NCBI RefSeq assembly: GCF_000142905.1
Contig: NW_013657656.1
Span: 117,369 to 181,368 of the forward strand
Reading direction: 5' to 3'
Length of the DNA stretch: 64,000 bases
From: Thecamonas trahens ATCC 50062
Lineage: Eukaryota > Protista > Apusomonadida
In this document: positions 43,242-54,744 of the stretch, piece by piece
Layout of the letters: each line of letters opens with the position of its first letter
Numbering within the stretch: position 1 is the stretch's first letter
Notes under the pieces: generated by a model
Told to the model about the DNA's origin: nothing
The model's database searches: none
What the model saw: only the letters and a program-made list of their open reading frames with translations
Translations under genes and position numbers: made by a program

Positions 43242-45377
43242 ATGTCCGCCTCGGCCTCGGGAGCAGCCTCGGAAGCCGACCCGCTCGAGCTCGAGTCGGT
43301 GCTGGCGTACGAGTGGAAGGCGCTGCGGCCGCTGCTCGAGTCGCAGCCGGACGCGGCTGCCGTGGTGGGCCCGGACCGGCCGCCGACGGTGGTACCTGCG
43401 CGGACCGAGACCTTCCGCGCCCTCAACTTTCACCCGCCGGCTGACTGGAAGGTGGTGGCGTTTGGGCAGAACCCGTATCCGCGGCCGGCATCGGCCGGTG
43501 GCATCGCCTTTCTCGACGAGGCCGTCACCTCGTGGGCCCAGAAGGGCCTCTCGCCCTCGCTCCGCAACATGCTCAAGAACATCCTTGTCTCCGAAGGTAA
43601 GCTCGCTACGGACGCCCGCATCGCAGACCTGCGCGCCTGCCTCCCCGAGCTCAACCTCCTCCCGCCGCGCCAGTGGTTCACACACACCATCGTCCACGGC
43701 GTCTGCTGGCTCAATACCTCGCTGACGTTCGACGCCGCCGCTGGCACCTCGCACGACGCCTTCTGGCGCCCCATCATATCCGCCATCGTCTCCACCATCC
43801 TCACCGCCAAACAGGACCGGTTCAACGCCGCACTCCGCGAAGGCAACGCCGAATCGCCAGGAAACATCGGTGTGGTCTTTGTCCTCTGGGGCGCCCGCGC
43901 CCAGAAGCGCCTCAAGCCGCTCATCAACTCGCTCGCCGCCCCGCTCTCCATCCCGGTCCGCTTTGTCGAGGCCCACGTCCCGTCCGTTGAGACCTTTCAC
44001 AACGTCGCCTCCTTTGCCGCTATCAACGACGCCCTCGCCGAGCTCGGAACCGAGCCCATCGACTGGCTCCCCACCGCAACAGACCGCCTCGTCTTCCGCA
44101 TCCCCTCCATCTCAGACTCGGAGCGCTCGCTCCCGTCCCGCCTCCGCTCCGACATCAAGCTCGGAAGCGATGTCTCGTTTGTTCAGCAAGCCTCTTCCCG
44201 CGACGGCGATGGCGGCGGCGACGATGACGACGGCGACGGCGATACGGTGCTCATTGACGAGCACGCCACCCTTCCTCTTCCCACACCCCCGCAGGCTTCC
44301 TCCGCCTCGCACGCACCACCCGGCCCGTCGTCTCCGCCCGCTCCCGCTGCTCCCACTTCAGGCTTTCTCGCCAGCCTGGACAAGCTCAAGTTCAACAAGT
44401 CGCCGGCCAAGCGCGAGCGCAGAATCGGACGCTCCAGTCCTCCCGCCGAGCCGCCGGCTAAGCGCAGGGTCGTCCCGACCGACAAACCGGCATCGCCGCT
44501 CTCGCTCATCGCACTCGAGACCGACCCAACCCACCTTGTGCTCGGAAAGCCGCTCGGCTCGGGCGGATTTGGTGTGGTACGGCAAGCTCGGTGGAAGGGA
44601 CACGCGGTGGCAGTTAAGACCCTACACGAGGGAGGCGGCGAGAGCAAAGACGCGTTTCTGGCAGAGGTCTCGCTCCTCCTCAAGGTCCGCCACGAACACA
44701 TTGTGCGGATCCTCGCAGTGTGTACCAAGGGGCCCCGTCCGTGCATGGTGCTCGAGCTCCTGCCGCGAAACCTGTCTGCAGTGGTCCGCGAGGCTGCGGC
44801 GTCGCCGGCTGGCTTCCTTCCGCTCCCACGGGCGCTTGTCCTCCTCCGCGACGTCGCCGACGCGCTCCGCTTCCTCCACTCGAGGACGCCGCCGGTCCTC
44901 CACCGCGACCTCAAGCCGGCCAATGTGCTGGTGACCGAGTCGTTCCGGGCTAAAGTCTGTGACTTTGGCATCTCGCGCGAGAAGATGGCGACCTGCGCGC
45001 CCGGTACCATGTCCAAAGGCATCGGCACGCCGGTGTACATGGCACCCGAGATGCTCGAGTCCAAGCCGTACTCGACCAAGCTCGATGTCTACGCCTTTGC
45101 CATGGTCATGTACAACGTGCTTACTTGCAAACCGCCCTTTGCGGGCATGGGCCACGACGGCGGCAATCTCGACCCCGTCCAGGCCATCGTCAAGGTCATC
45201 ACCTTTAACGCCCGCCCGCGCTGCGATGCCGAGCTCTTTCCGCCGCATCTGCCGCCGGGCGTTCTTACGTCCATGTGTCGGGCTTGGGACCGCGATCCTG
45301 ACGCCCGCCCCGACTTTGACGAGCTCGTCCCGCTCTTTGACGAGTGGGTCGTTGCTTCCGCAGCTGCCAGCGTGTGA
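43242..45377 (+). CDS. Fusion protein: uracil-DNA glycosylase-like domain (GQNPY variant), disordered linker, tyrosine-kinase-like (TKL) Ser/Thr kinase
   Basis: UDG: KVVAFGQNPYPR, GIAF, SPSLRNM, GVCWLNTSLT, SH, VFVLWGARAQ, AHVPS. Kinase: GSGGFG, VAVK, HRDLKPAN, DFG, GTPVYMAPE, DVYAF, WDRDPDARPDF. Confidence 0.88.
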   Translation: MSASASGAASEADPLELESVLAYEWKALRPLLESQPDAAAVVGPDRPPTVVPARTETFRALNFHPPADWKVVAFGQNPYPRPASAGGIAFLDEAVTSWAQKGLSPSLRNMLKNILVSEGKLATDARIADLRACLPELNLLPPRQWFTHTIVHGVCWLNTSLTFDAAAGTSHDAFWRPIISAIVSTILTAKQDRFNAALREGNAESPGNIGVVFVLWGARAQKRLKPLINSLAAPLSIPVRFVEAHVPSVETFHNVASFAAINDALAELGTEPIDWLPTATDRLVFRIPSISDSERSLPSRLRSDIKLGSDVSFVQQASSRDGDGGGDDDDGDGDTVLIDEHATLPLPTPPQASSASHAPPGPSSPPAPAAPTSGFLASLDKLKFNKSPAKRERRIGRSSPPAEPPAKRRVVPTDKPASPLSLIALETDPTHLVLGKPLGSGGFGVVRQARWKGHAVAVKTLHEGGGESKDAFLAEVSLLLKVRHEHIVRILAVCTKGPRPCMVLELLPRNLSAVVREAAASPAGFLPLPRALVLLRDVADALRFLHSRTPPVLHRDLKPANVLVTESFRAKVCDFGISREKMATCAPGTMSKGIGTPVYMAPEMLESKPYSTKLDVYAFAMVMYNVLTCKPPFAGMGHDGGNLDPVQAIVKVITFNARPRCDAELFPPHLPPGVLTSMCRAWDRDPDARPDFDELVPLFDEWVVASAAASV

Positions 45378-45395
45378 ACAAACAAAGGGGCAGCT

Positions 45396-48300
45396 TTATG
45401 TCGATGCCGATGATGACGACGACATCACACCATTGCTATGTGCAGCAGACGACACGCCGGCCGACGAGTACCTGTACCGGCTGCCGTCCGAGACGTCAGC
45501 CGAGCAAGACTCAAAGGCGTCGATCATGGGGATGAAGGCCGGGGCTGGCGAGTTGTGAGATGTCAGCTCCGAGCCGTCCAGCTGGGAAGTGTAGTCGGAG
45601 CCTCCGCACCCGTCGCCACTTGCGTTTGTGGCGGCCGAGAGCGACGAGGTAGAAGAGAAAATGAGATCGGGCGAGGAGCACGGATCGCGCTCGTTGTACT
45701 CGCACGCGTGCTCGTTGAGGACTGCAAGGCGAGTCGACGGGCCCATGATCGACGGCAGCCGGTGGAGCTTCCGCTTCCGCGACGCCTTGACCTTGTCGGC
45801 CGTCATCACGGCGAGCTCGGCGGTGGAGGGGGCCGAGACGGGGCGGGCCGTTAGCGGACCCTTGAGCGCAACCGAAGCCGGGAGTGACCGGTTCGAGATC
45901 TGATCGGGGCGTTCCATGTCTGCATTGGCCTTGGCCACAAGCGCCGCCATGGCTTCCGGCGACTCTTTGGCGAGGCGGCGGAGGATGTGCCAGTCGTAGG
46001 GGAAAAAGTACGAGGTGACGAACTTGACAACCACATCCGGGATGAGGCAGGTGACGACGACGAGGATGAGCGTGAGCCATGTGATGGGCGTGGAGAAGAG
46101 CTTGAGGCCGACGCCATACATGCGCGAGTTGAGGGTCGGGACAAACGGCCCTGTGTAGAGAAGGACAAAAAGGATGTAGCAGATGATGGAGCCGATGATG
46201 GAGAGAAAGTGGAAGACGTTCCAGTGCTTCGAATAGAGGCCGGCCTTGAGGAGGGTGACCACGACGCCGGCGGTCGACATCATGGTGGCCTGGACCCAGA
46301 GGTCGGCGGTGGTCCCATCCGCATAGATCTGGCCCATCGAGCACGAGCCGATGGCGACCACCCAAAAGGTGACGGTGGCATGGTAGAAGGCGGCGGCGAG
46401 CCAGGCGCCAAAAGAACGGAGGTTGAACACGTTTTGGTCCTTGAGCGTCTGGTACGTCGACGGCAGCGCCTCGACCACTTCTTCGCTCAGATCCTTTTCA
46501 AAGACGCCGATAAAGAGCGGAATCGACGCTGCCCACACAATGTTGAACGACGAGAGCAGGATCTCATCGTAGACCGGCTGGCCGGAAAAGGCTGAGAAGA
46601 AGCCAAAGTAAAACTGCGGAAAGATGTACGCAATGTTCTTGTAGAACGAGTACTGGATGAGGCCGGCGAGCCGAATGTACGAGTAGCGGCCGTGGACGAC
46701 AAGGAGGCGCCGGAGGAAGCGGAACTCGGAAAAGGCAAAGTCCGAGGCGCGGACAGCCTGGGTGCCCTCGAGTCCACGAATGCCGATGCCGACGTCAGCC
46801 TCCTGGATCATCGACACGTCGTTGGCGCCGTCACCGATGGCGAGGCAGACCCGCGACGTCCGCTCCTTGACCAGCCGCAGGACGTCGGCCTTTTGCTTGG
46901 GCGTCACCCGGCAGCAAATGACCGACGAGCATCGCTCGCCGAGCATCCAGAACTTGGTCGAGAGGCCGTCGAGGCAGTACGCAAGGGTAGCGCCGTCGAC
47001 AACGAGGCCCGGATTCGACTGTGTCTCGGCTGTCGAGAGCCGGGCGAGATGAAAGTCGATGAGCTCGCCGGTCGCGTTAGACGACGACGCGTTGAGCCGG
47101 ATCATGCCGGCTTTGACGGAGAGGAGCGACGACGAAAAGCCAATGTTCTCGGCCGTCTCTTGTTTGTCTCCGGTGAGGAGCCAGATCTTGAGCCCGGCCT
47201 GGAGCAGAAACTTGATGGTCTGCGGCACTTCTTTTTGGAGCTTGTCCTCAACCGCCGACGAGCCGACAATGCGGATGTCCTGCTCGATGTCTTCGCAGAC
47301 GCGGGCGACGGCGGCCTCGCGGTCGACGAGCTGCGTCTCAGCGCGGTCAAACACAGCCTTCCAATCGATAAACTCGACTTGCGAGAGTGGGACGTAGCCG
47401 ATGACCAGAGTGCGGAGGCCTTCGCGGGCGGCAAAGTGAATGTGGGCGTTGGTCACTTCGTGGAGCGGGTCGTTGGCCCGCTGGCGCGCGAAAATGATCG
47501 AGTCTGCGCCCTTGGTGAGGAGGTTGATGGCGCCCGAGGGGTAGCGAACAACGACAGACATGCGCTTGCGAATCGAGGTGAACTCGAGCGTAGCCAGGAC
47601 GGTGTACTCTTCGATCTCGCCGAGCACGTCAAGCTCGACCTTGTCGCCCTGGCGTGAGAGGAGCGTGACGCCGTTGGCGGCAGCAGCGTCGACGAGCGCG
47701 CCCTCGTCGGGTGACTGCGCCTCGTACACCCGCTCACCAGTGGCATCGTCGATTTCGGGCACCACCGTGTTGCACAGCGCAACAATGCGGAGGAACGACT
47801 TGATGGCATCAACCTGCGCCGGAGGTGTGCTCGGATCCTCGAGGGCTTTTCTGAGGGCGGTGAACCGGGCGGCGTCGGCGTCGGAGCCGCCGCGGCTCCC
47901 GCTCCTGCTTCCGCGCCCGTCGGCGCTCTTGGCGCTCTTGGCGCTCGACGCCCGAGTCAGCCGCGGTGAGGCATCGACCTGCGCCGCAGGGCGGAGGTCG
48001 TACAGCTCGCCGCCGATGGAAAACTGGGCGAGCTTCATGATATTCTCGGTGAGCGTCCCGGTCTTGTCGGAAAACACGTGGCCGATCTCGCCGAGCTCCT
48101 CGTTCATGTTCGAGTTGCGAGCAACCATCCCTGTGCCGGGCAAGTCGGTTGGGTCTGAGGCCATCGCCAGGTCCCAGTCCATGAGCTTGGCCTGGGCAAC
48201 GCGGACAAGCTCGACAGTGACAAAGAGCGAGATAGGGATGAGGTAGGTGAAGAGGATAAAGTAGGTGAGTAGGTGGATGCCGGCGATGGGCGCGCCGTCC

Positions 48301-49752
48301 TGCGCAGAAATCTCCTCAAAGTACCAGGCCTGGCGAGTAATGGTCTCCTGCGCCACGCCGGCCATGATGGCACACGCGAGAAGAAGTGCCATGTTAAAGG
48401 TAAAGATGGCGAGGACGACCGAATTGAGCCGGCGCTCGAGGTGCGAGAACTTGGAGGCCGAGAGGCGGAGGTTCTTGAACAGCTTGGTGTCCGAGCCGGC
48501 GTACACAACCATGCCAAAGGCGTGCTTGGTGTTGCGGAGCCGGGCGCCGCGGAGGAGCAGGTGCCGGTGCGTGAGCGGGATCGGGTCCTCGTTGGGCATC
48601 AGAAGCTTGCCGTTGAACTTGTACAGCGCCTCGGACGGCTCCTCGCAAACGAGCTCACCGGCGAGGCTGCGGACGTCCTCGACCGAGGCCAGCGAGGCCA
48701 GCGCGAGTGGAGTTTGGCGGCGCTTGAGGTTGGTCTCGCCATCAAGATTCGAGGTCTCGACATAGCACGTTCCGCCGTCGCCCGACGAGGCGAGCAGAAC
48801 GAGGTCGGCTGGGAACTCCTGGCCCTTGGAAACGCGCACAATGTCGCCCACAACCAGATCGGCCGACGGCCGCGGGACGAGCTCGCCGTCGCGCGAGAGA
48901 ACCTCGTACTCGCGCGAGTTGGCAACTTTGTCCGCCTTGTGGCGCTGGTAGTCTTCCATGGCGTCCTTGATGGCCGCAACGGTGAGGACAAAGACAAGCG
49001 GCGTGACCGAGGTCACCGGCGAGATGGGCGACACATCTGGGATGAGTGAGAAGGCGGCGTTGAGGAGAAAGTAAAAGTTGGCAAAGCGCCGGAACTGCTC
49101 AAAGAGGTTGATGGGCAGGAACGTGAGCACCGTGTACTTGGCCGTCCGGATGTAGTTGGACGGGAAGCCGCGGACAGCGTTGGCGCTCTCGTCGTTGACC
49201 GCCACCATGTACGGCTCCGGCTCGGCCGCCGGCGCCGCAGACCCTCCGTCCGCCGCACCGCCCAAAGCAGGCGGCGTGCCGGCGGCCGAGGCTGCGAGTG
49301 NNNNNNNNNNNNNNNNNNNNNNNNNNNNNNNNNNNNNNNNNNNNNNNNNNNNNNNNNNNNNNNNNNNNNNNNNNNNNNNNNNNNNNNNNNNNNNNNNNNN
49401 CGGCGTCAGCGGCGTCAGCGGGCTAGGCGCAGCCGACGGTGGGCGGGAAGAGCCCGCTGCCACCGCTGGCGGGAGCGGCGGCGGCGGCAGCGGCTGGAGG
49501 CGACAGCGGCGGCAGCGGCGCGAGCGGCCGGGAGGAGCGGGGAGCAGGGTGCGAGGGGAGCACATGCGGGTGCGGATGTGTATGCAGCAAGCTGGCGGGC
49601 CCTGTGCTGCTCAGGTTGCTGGCAATGCTCACCATGCTCACGCCCATGGTGCCGTCGGCCAGCCGGCCGCCAGGCGACGGGGCTGGTGACCCCGCCCCGG
49701 CAAAGGCTACCAGGGCCCCACCGGGGCGCGGCGCCCAGGTCTCTTCAGCCAT
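45396..49752 (-). CDS. P4-type ATPase phospholipid flippase (Drs2/ATP8/ATP11-like); N-terminus spans an assembly gap
   Basis: NYIRTAKY, EQFRRFAN, LDGETNLK, PISL, DKTGTLT, SPDEGAL, LTGDKQETA, GDGANDVSMI, FYKN. Confidence 0.95.
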
Positions 49753-49993
49753 GAGCAGGCAAGGAGTGGCGGCGACCAGTGGTGGTGACCGGGGGAGTGT
49801 GTATGCGGGGAGGGGGGGGGGGGGGGGACGAAAGGTGGTGGTGATGCCGGAGGAAGGTGGCGGGGGGTGGGGGCGACGGGAGGGCGAGAGGTGCCGTCAC
49901 GGCTTTTTTGAGACAGAATGCCGGACGGAATTGGGGGCAGACCCACGCGGAACACAATTTTGGGCCTTTGACCGCACGCGAGGTGCGGTGCTT

Positions 49994-50059
49994 TGACAGA
50001 GTTGGACAGAGTTGGACAGAGTTGGACAGAGTTGGACAGAGTTGGACAGAGTTGGACAG
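49994..50059 (+). repeat. Decamer tandem repeat (GTTGGACAGA) x6 plus a partial copy
   Basis: Identical units at 50001, 50011, 50021, 50031 and 50041; the unit at 50051 matches at 9 of 10 positions. Confidence 0.97.
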
Positions 50060-50064
50060 CCGGT

Positions 50065-50820
50065 TCATGACGAGGATGGCGCTGATGCGGTTGCTGGTGC
50101 AGCAGTCGATGTGCTTGTCGATGTGCTCGTCGATGTGCTGGCCGCCGCAGGGGTCGTCGCCGCGTTTGCGGCATCTGCAGCCGCAGGCCGGGAAGCATCC
50201 GCACCATCGGCAGCATCTGCAGCCGCAGGCTGGGCAGCTGCTTGGGCAGCTGCCTTGGCGGCAGCCTTGGCGGCAGCCTTGGCGGCAGCCTTGGCGGCAC
50301 GCTGCGCGGCGCGATCGGCCTTGGCGGCGCGGGCGATGTCTGCGGACGACTGCTCGAGGTACTCAAACTTGCGCGAGTCGATGGGGATGGTGACCGGCCC
50401 GTCGTTGGCGATGTCGACGGTCATCATGGCCTGGAAGACGCCCTCAGCGACCTTGTCCGGCGCGTACTTGGCCTTGATGCGGTCGACGACCGAGGCGTAG
50501 AGGGCGCGCGAGGAGTCTGCGGCCATGGCGGCGTGAAAGTCGGGCTTGTTGCCCTTGCGGACCGAGGCGAAGAGGGTGAATTGCGAGACAAGCAGCAGCT
50601 CGTAGTCCATGTCTACCACCGACGCGCCCCACGGCTTGCTCGACTCGGGTGCGTCCCACAGCCGCAGCCGCAGCAGCTTGTTGGCCATCCACTCGGCATC
50701 GGCCTCGGTGTCGCCGTCGCCCACGCCGAGGAGGACGCACAGCCCACGCCCGATGGACCCGACCACCGCCCCATCCACCGTCACTGCCGCCTTGACCACA
50801 CGCTGGACCACTGCTCGCAT
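50065..50820 (-). CDS. DTD1: D-aminoacyl-tRNA deacylase with Ala/Lys-rich C-terminal extension
   Basis: MRAVVQRV, VSQFTL, KGNKPDFH, NDGPVT. Confidence 0.95.
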   Translation of the reverse strand: MRAVVQRVVKAAVTVDGAVVGSIGRGLCVLLGVGDGDTEADAEWMANKLLRLRLWDAPESSKPWGASVVDMDYELLLVSQFTLFASVRKGNKPDFHAAMAADSSRALYASVVDRIKAKYAPDKVAEGVFQAMMTVDIANDGPVTIPIDSRKFEYLEQSSADIARAAKADRAAQRAAKAAAKAAAKAAAKAAAQAAAQPAAADAADGADASRPAAADAANAATTPAAASTSTSTSTSTSTAAPATASAPSSS

Positions 50821-51266
50821 TGGAACGGAGGGTATGGGTGGGGGGGTGGGAGATGAGGGGTGACTGGGTTGGGTGCGGGAGGGTGGGGGGGGGGGGGGGA
50901 GGGGGGTGGAGAGGGAGTCGAGGGGATCGAGAGCTGATCGAGGACGGGTCGAGGGCTGATCGAGGTTGTCGGCCGTGGGGACAACGAGGCAGATACCTCC
51001 GGTGCGTCAGGCAAGTTTAGGTGATCCAAGGAAGGGTAACGGATGGGTGGATGGTCAGCTGGCTAGCTGGCTCGATTGTGTGCCTGGCTGGCGTGTCGGG
51101 CGGGATGCTGTGCTGCTGCTTGCATCCCTTTCTAAAAATAGTTGATCACTCGGCTGTGTTGTATGACACACAACCTCTCGTCCCTCATCATGCTACACCA
51201 TCGCCCCACTCAGCGGTTGCCCTGTTCATTGTGTACGCTTTGCTCGCGCTACTCATGCTGCTCGCG

Positions 51267-53182
51267 CTACCCTTCCTGGCCAAAGTCAGCGGTAAACTTC
51301 TCGTACATCTCAAGGTCCTCGGGCGAGACGGTAGGGCGGGTGGTCTCGAGGGCGTGCAGAAAGTCGTCCATGATCACGTCGGGCTCCTGAAGCTTCTCGC
51401 CCTCGATGTCGACCCAGGTCATGGGCGAGCCAGCAGGGTCGTTGGGCCTGCACGGAGTGACCTTGCCGTTGGGCAGCTCCTTGAAGAACTTTGCGGTCTG
51501 GACCTTGCGGATGGGCTGCATGAGCGCGTCGCGGGTGACAATGCCAATGTCGGCACCCGAGTAGCCTTCGGTGAGCTCGCCGAGCCGTCTGTAGTCCTGC
51601 GGGGTGAGCTTGACGAGCGGGTCGTTGCCGATGTGGATTTCGAACATGCGGATGCGCGCCTCGAGCTCGGGCAGCGGGATGTAAATGCGCTTCTCGAAAC
51701 GCCGGCGCATGGCCGAGTCAATCTGCATCGGCGTGTTGGTCGCCGCAGCAACTAGGATGCCGTCGTCATCCTTGCCCACTCCGTTCATCTGCACAAGGAA
51801 CTCGGTCTTGATCCGCCGCGACGACTCGCTCTCGTTGTCCGACCGCGAACCGCAGAGCGAGTCGACCTCATCGATAAAGATAATGGCCCGCCCAGCGTCG
51901 CGCGCCATCTCGAACAGCTGCCGCACCAGCCGCTCAGACTCGCCCATCCACTTGGAGACAAGGTCCGAAGACGAGACCGAGAAGAATGTGCAGTCAGCCT
52001 CGTTGGCCAGCGCCTTGGCCAGGTACGACTTGCCCGTCCCGGGCGGCCCGTACAGCAGAATGCCCTTCCACGGCTTACGCTTGCCCTGGAACAGCTGCGG
52101 GAACTTCATCGGCAGAATGACTGCCTCCTTCAGCGCCTCCTTAGCGTTCTCAAGCCCGGCCACGTCGTCCCACTTGACGTTGGGCTTTTCTGTCAGAATC
52201 GCAGACGCCAGCGCTCCACGGAGCCGTGCCTGCTCCGGATCGCTGTCGTCGTCATCATCGCCGCCGCCACCGTCGCCGCCACCACCGCCGCTCCCGCCCT
52301 TCTTCGGCTTGCGCTTTTTGACTGCAACCCCACCCGAGGGCGCGTCCTTCTCCTGCCCGTCCAGAAATGCCTTGAGCTTCTCCGCCCGCGCCATGTACTC
52401 CTCCACCTTTGTACGAATCGACGCCTTGAGCCGGTCGTTCTTCTCCCCTATCCCTCCCCGTCACCCGCACCTCCATCCTGTGAGTTGTTGTTGTTGTGTT
52501 CCCGCCAGCAGCAGGCAAGGGGGAAGGGGGAAGGGGGAAGGGGGAAGGTTTGGGGGGGGGGGGGCCCGCTTAGGGGTTANNNNNNNNNNNNNNNNNNNNN
52601 NNNNNNNNNNNNNNNNNNNNNNNNNNNNNNNNNNNNNNNNNNNNNNNNNNNNNNNNNNNNNNNNNNNNNNNNNNNNNNNGGGGGAGGAGGAGGAGGAAAA
52701 CGCGTCGTCCCCGCCTTGTGCTGCGTTTGTTGCCACGGGTGTGCCCTCCGCGCCGAGCCAAGGAAGCGGGGGGCACCGGGGGGGGGGCACCGGGGGGGAG
52801 GGGGGTGGGGGAGGGGGGGGGGAGGGGGAGGACAGAGGGTTTGGACAGGTTGTGGTTGTAGGCTAGGGTGCAGGGGTGCAGGGCGTGGGTAGGGGGCGGG
52901 CCATGGCCATGACCATGGTGGTGGTGGTGGTGGTGGTGGTGGTGGTGGCGTGTGTGTTCGTTGTTTCGCACAAGCGACATGCGACCAGGGCGTGACCTGG
53001 CATGGGCATGGGCATGGGCATGGGCATGGGGGTAAAGACGTACACTTGAGGGCATGCATAAAGTACTGGAGGGAGGAGACATAGAGGTTGTATGCCTCCT
53101 CAAACTTCTCCTCAGAGTCTGCCACACATGCTTGCCGCACAATCTCAATGCCCTTGGACAGGTATGACGAGTTGGCCGCCAT
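51267..53182 (-). CDS. VPS4: Vacuolar protein sorting 4 AAA ATPase; intron ~52449-53043 contains a gap
   Basis: Exon 1 MIT domain ([27 protein letters not shown]); [56 protein letters not shown]. Confidence 0.96.
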
Positions 53183-53376
53183 GCTGCCGTCGAGCGAGTG
53201 TCCGACCGAGTGCCGAGAGCAGTGGGTGCCGCTCGCCACCGGTTTAATCAATGGCTCTTGTCCAAGTATTCGTTCAGCCCGTAGCCCTCCACCGCTGCCC
53301 CTTCCCCCTCCACCCTACCGCCACACCACTCCCCTCTCGCCCCTCCCCCCCCCCCCCTCCTCCACACATCGTCCCC

Positions 53377-54717
53377 ATGCTCGCTCGCACTGCCCACGCC
53401 TTGCGCATGGCCGCCTTCGCACGCTCGGCTGCATCGCTCTCGCCGCCACACTCCATGCTCGCCAACCTGACTGCTCGAGGTCTCTCACCCGCTGCTGCAC
53501 AGGCGGCAGTCGATGCACTCGATGCCGCTGCCGCCGACAAGAAGGCTGCCGATGCCGCGGTCGCCGACGTTCAGCGGGCCCGCAAGGCCCTGGCCAAGGC
53601 CGGCGGATCGACGGCGCCGGAGCGGCTGCGCGAAGAGGGCGCAGCGCTCAAGGTCCGCGCGGCAGAGGCCAAGGCCCGCGCTGCCGACGCCGCCGCCGCC
53701 CTCGCCGCGGCCAAGGCCACGCTGCCCAACGAGATGGCGCCCGACACACCCATCGGCGGCGAGGAGGCAAACGTCGTGGTCCGGAGCGTCGGCACGCCGC
53801 CAGAAAGCGGGCTGGATCACGTCGACTTTGCTACCGCCCGCAAGTGGATCGAGTTTGAGGCTGCGTCGGCCGTCTCCGGCCCGGCCTTCTACTACCTTGC
53901 CCGCGAGGCTGTCCAACTCGAGGCTGCCTTGGTGGCGCACGCACTCGACACCGCCATCGCCGCAGGCTTTGTCCCGTACACCGTCCCGGAAATTGTCCAC
54001 GAGCATCTGGTCGAGCGGTGTGGGTTCCAGCCGCGCGGCGAGTCCTCGCAGGTGTACAAGGTGACGACCGACTCACCGGGCCACGACGCGGCCAAGTGCC
54101 TTATCGGCACCGCCGAGATCCCCCTCGCCGGGCGCTTCCTCGACACACTCATCCCTCTGCCCGAGCTTCCCGACTCGGCCCGCTCTGTCGCCGTCTCCCG
54201 CTGCTTCCGCGCCGAGGCCGGTGCCTCAGGCCGCGCCACCCGTGGCCTTTACCGCGTCCACCAGTTTACAAAGGTCGAGCTGTTTGGCCTTGCCCAGCTC
54301 GCCGACGCCAAGCAGCTCCACGCCGAGCTACTTGCCCTCTCCGAGTCCATCGTCGCCTCGCTCGACCTCCCGTACCGGGTCCTCCGCATGGCCTCGCGCG
54401 AGCTCGGCGCACCGGCTTACGCCAAGTACGACATCGAAGCCTGGATGCCGTCGCGTGGCGGCTTTGGCGAGGTTGCCTCGGTCTCCAACTGCACCACCTA
54501 CCAGGCTGCCCGCCTCAACACCCGCATCCACGACCCGCGCGCTCCGAAAAAGTCGCGCAACTCGCTCGCCGCCACCCTCAACGGCACCGCCGCCGCCATC
54601 CCGCGCCTCATCATGGCGCTCATCGAGAACCACGGGACAGTCGACGAGGACGGACGCCCGGTCCTCGCCCTCCCGCCGGCGCTCCGCCCGTATCTTGGCG
54701 GCCGCGAGCTGCTCTAG
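53377..54717 (+). CDS. SARS2: Seryl-tRNA synthetase, probably mitochondrial
   Basis: Presequence-like MLARTAHALRMAAFARS; LIGTAEIPL, CFRAEAG, GLYRVHQFTKVE, KYDIEAWMP, SNCT.YQ..RL, TLNGTA.AIPR. Confidence 0.92.
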   Translation: MLARTAHALRMAAFARSAASLSPPHSMLANLTARGLSPAAAQAAVDALDAAAADKKAADAAVADVQRARKALAKAGGSTAPERLREEGAALKVRAAEAKARAADAAAALAAAKATLPNEMAPDTPIGGEEANVVVRSVGTPPESGLDHVDFATARKWIEFEAASAVSGPAFYYLAREAVQLEAALVAHALDTAIAAGFVPYTVPEIVHEHLVERCGFQPRGESSQVYKVTTDSPGHDAAKCLIGTAEIPLAGRFLDTLIPLPELPDSARSVAVSRCFRAEAGASGRATRGLYRVHQFTKVELFGLAQLADAKQLHAELLALSESIVASLDLPYRVLRMASRELGAPAYAKYDIEAWMPSRGGFGEVASVSNCTTYQAARLNTRIHDPRAPKKSRNSLAATLNGTAAAIPRLIMALIENHGTVDEDGRPVLALPPALRPYLGGRELL

Positions 54718-54744
54718 CCTCCATTGGCACCCCATGGCTACTAT

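Noticed and set aside
49994-50059. CRISPR array or telomeric repeat
   Set aside because: No spacers, eukaryotic context, no cas genes, and not a TTAGGG-type unit.
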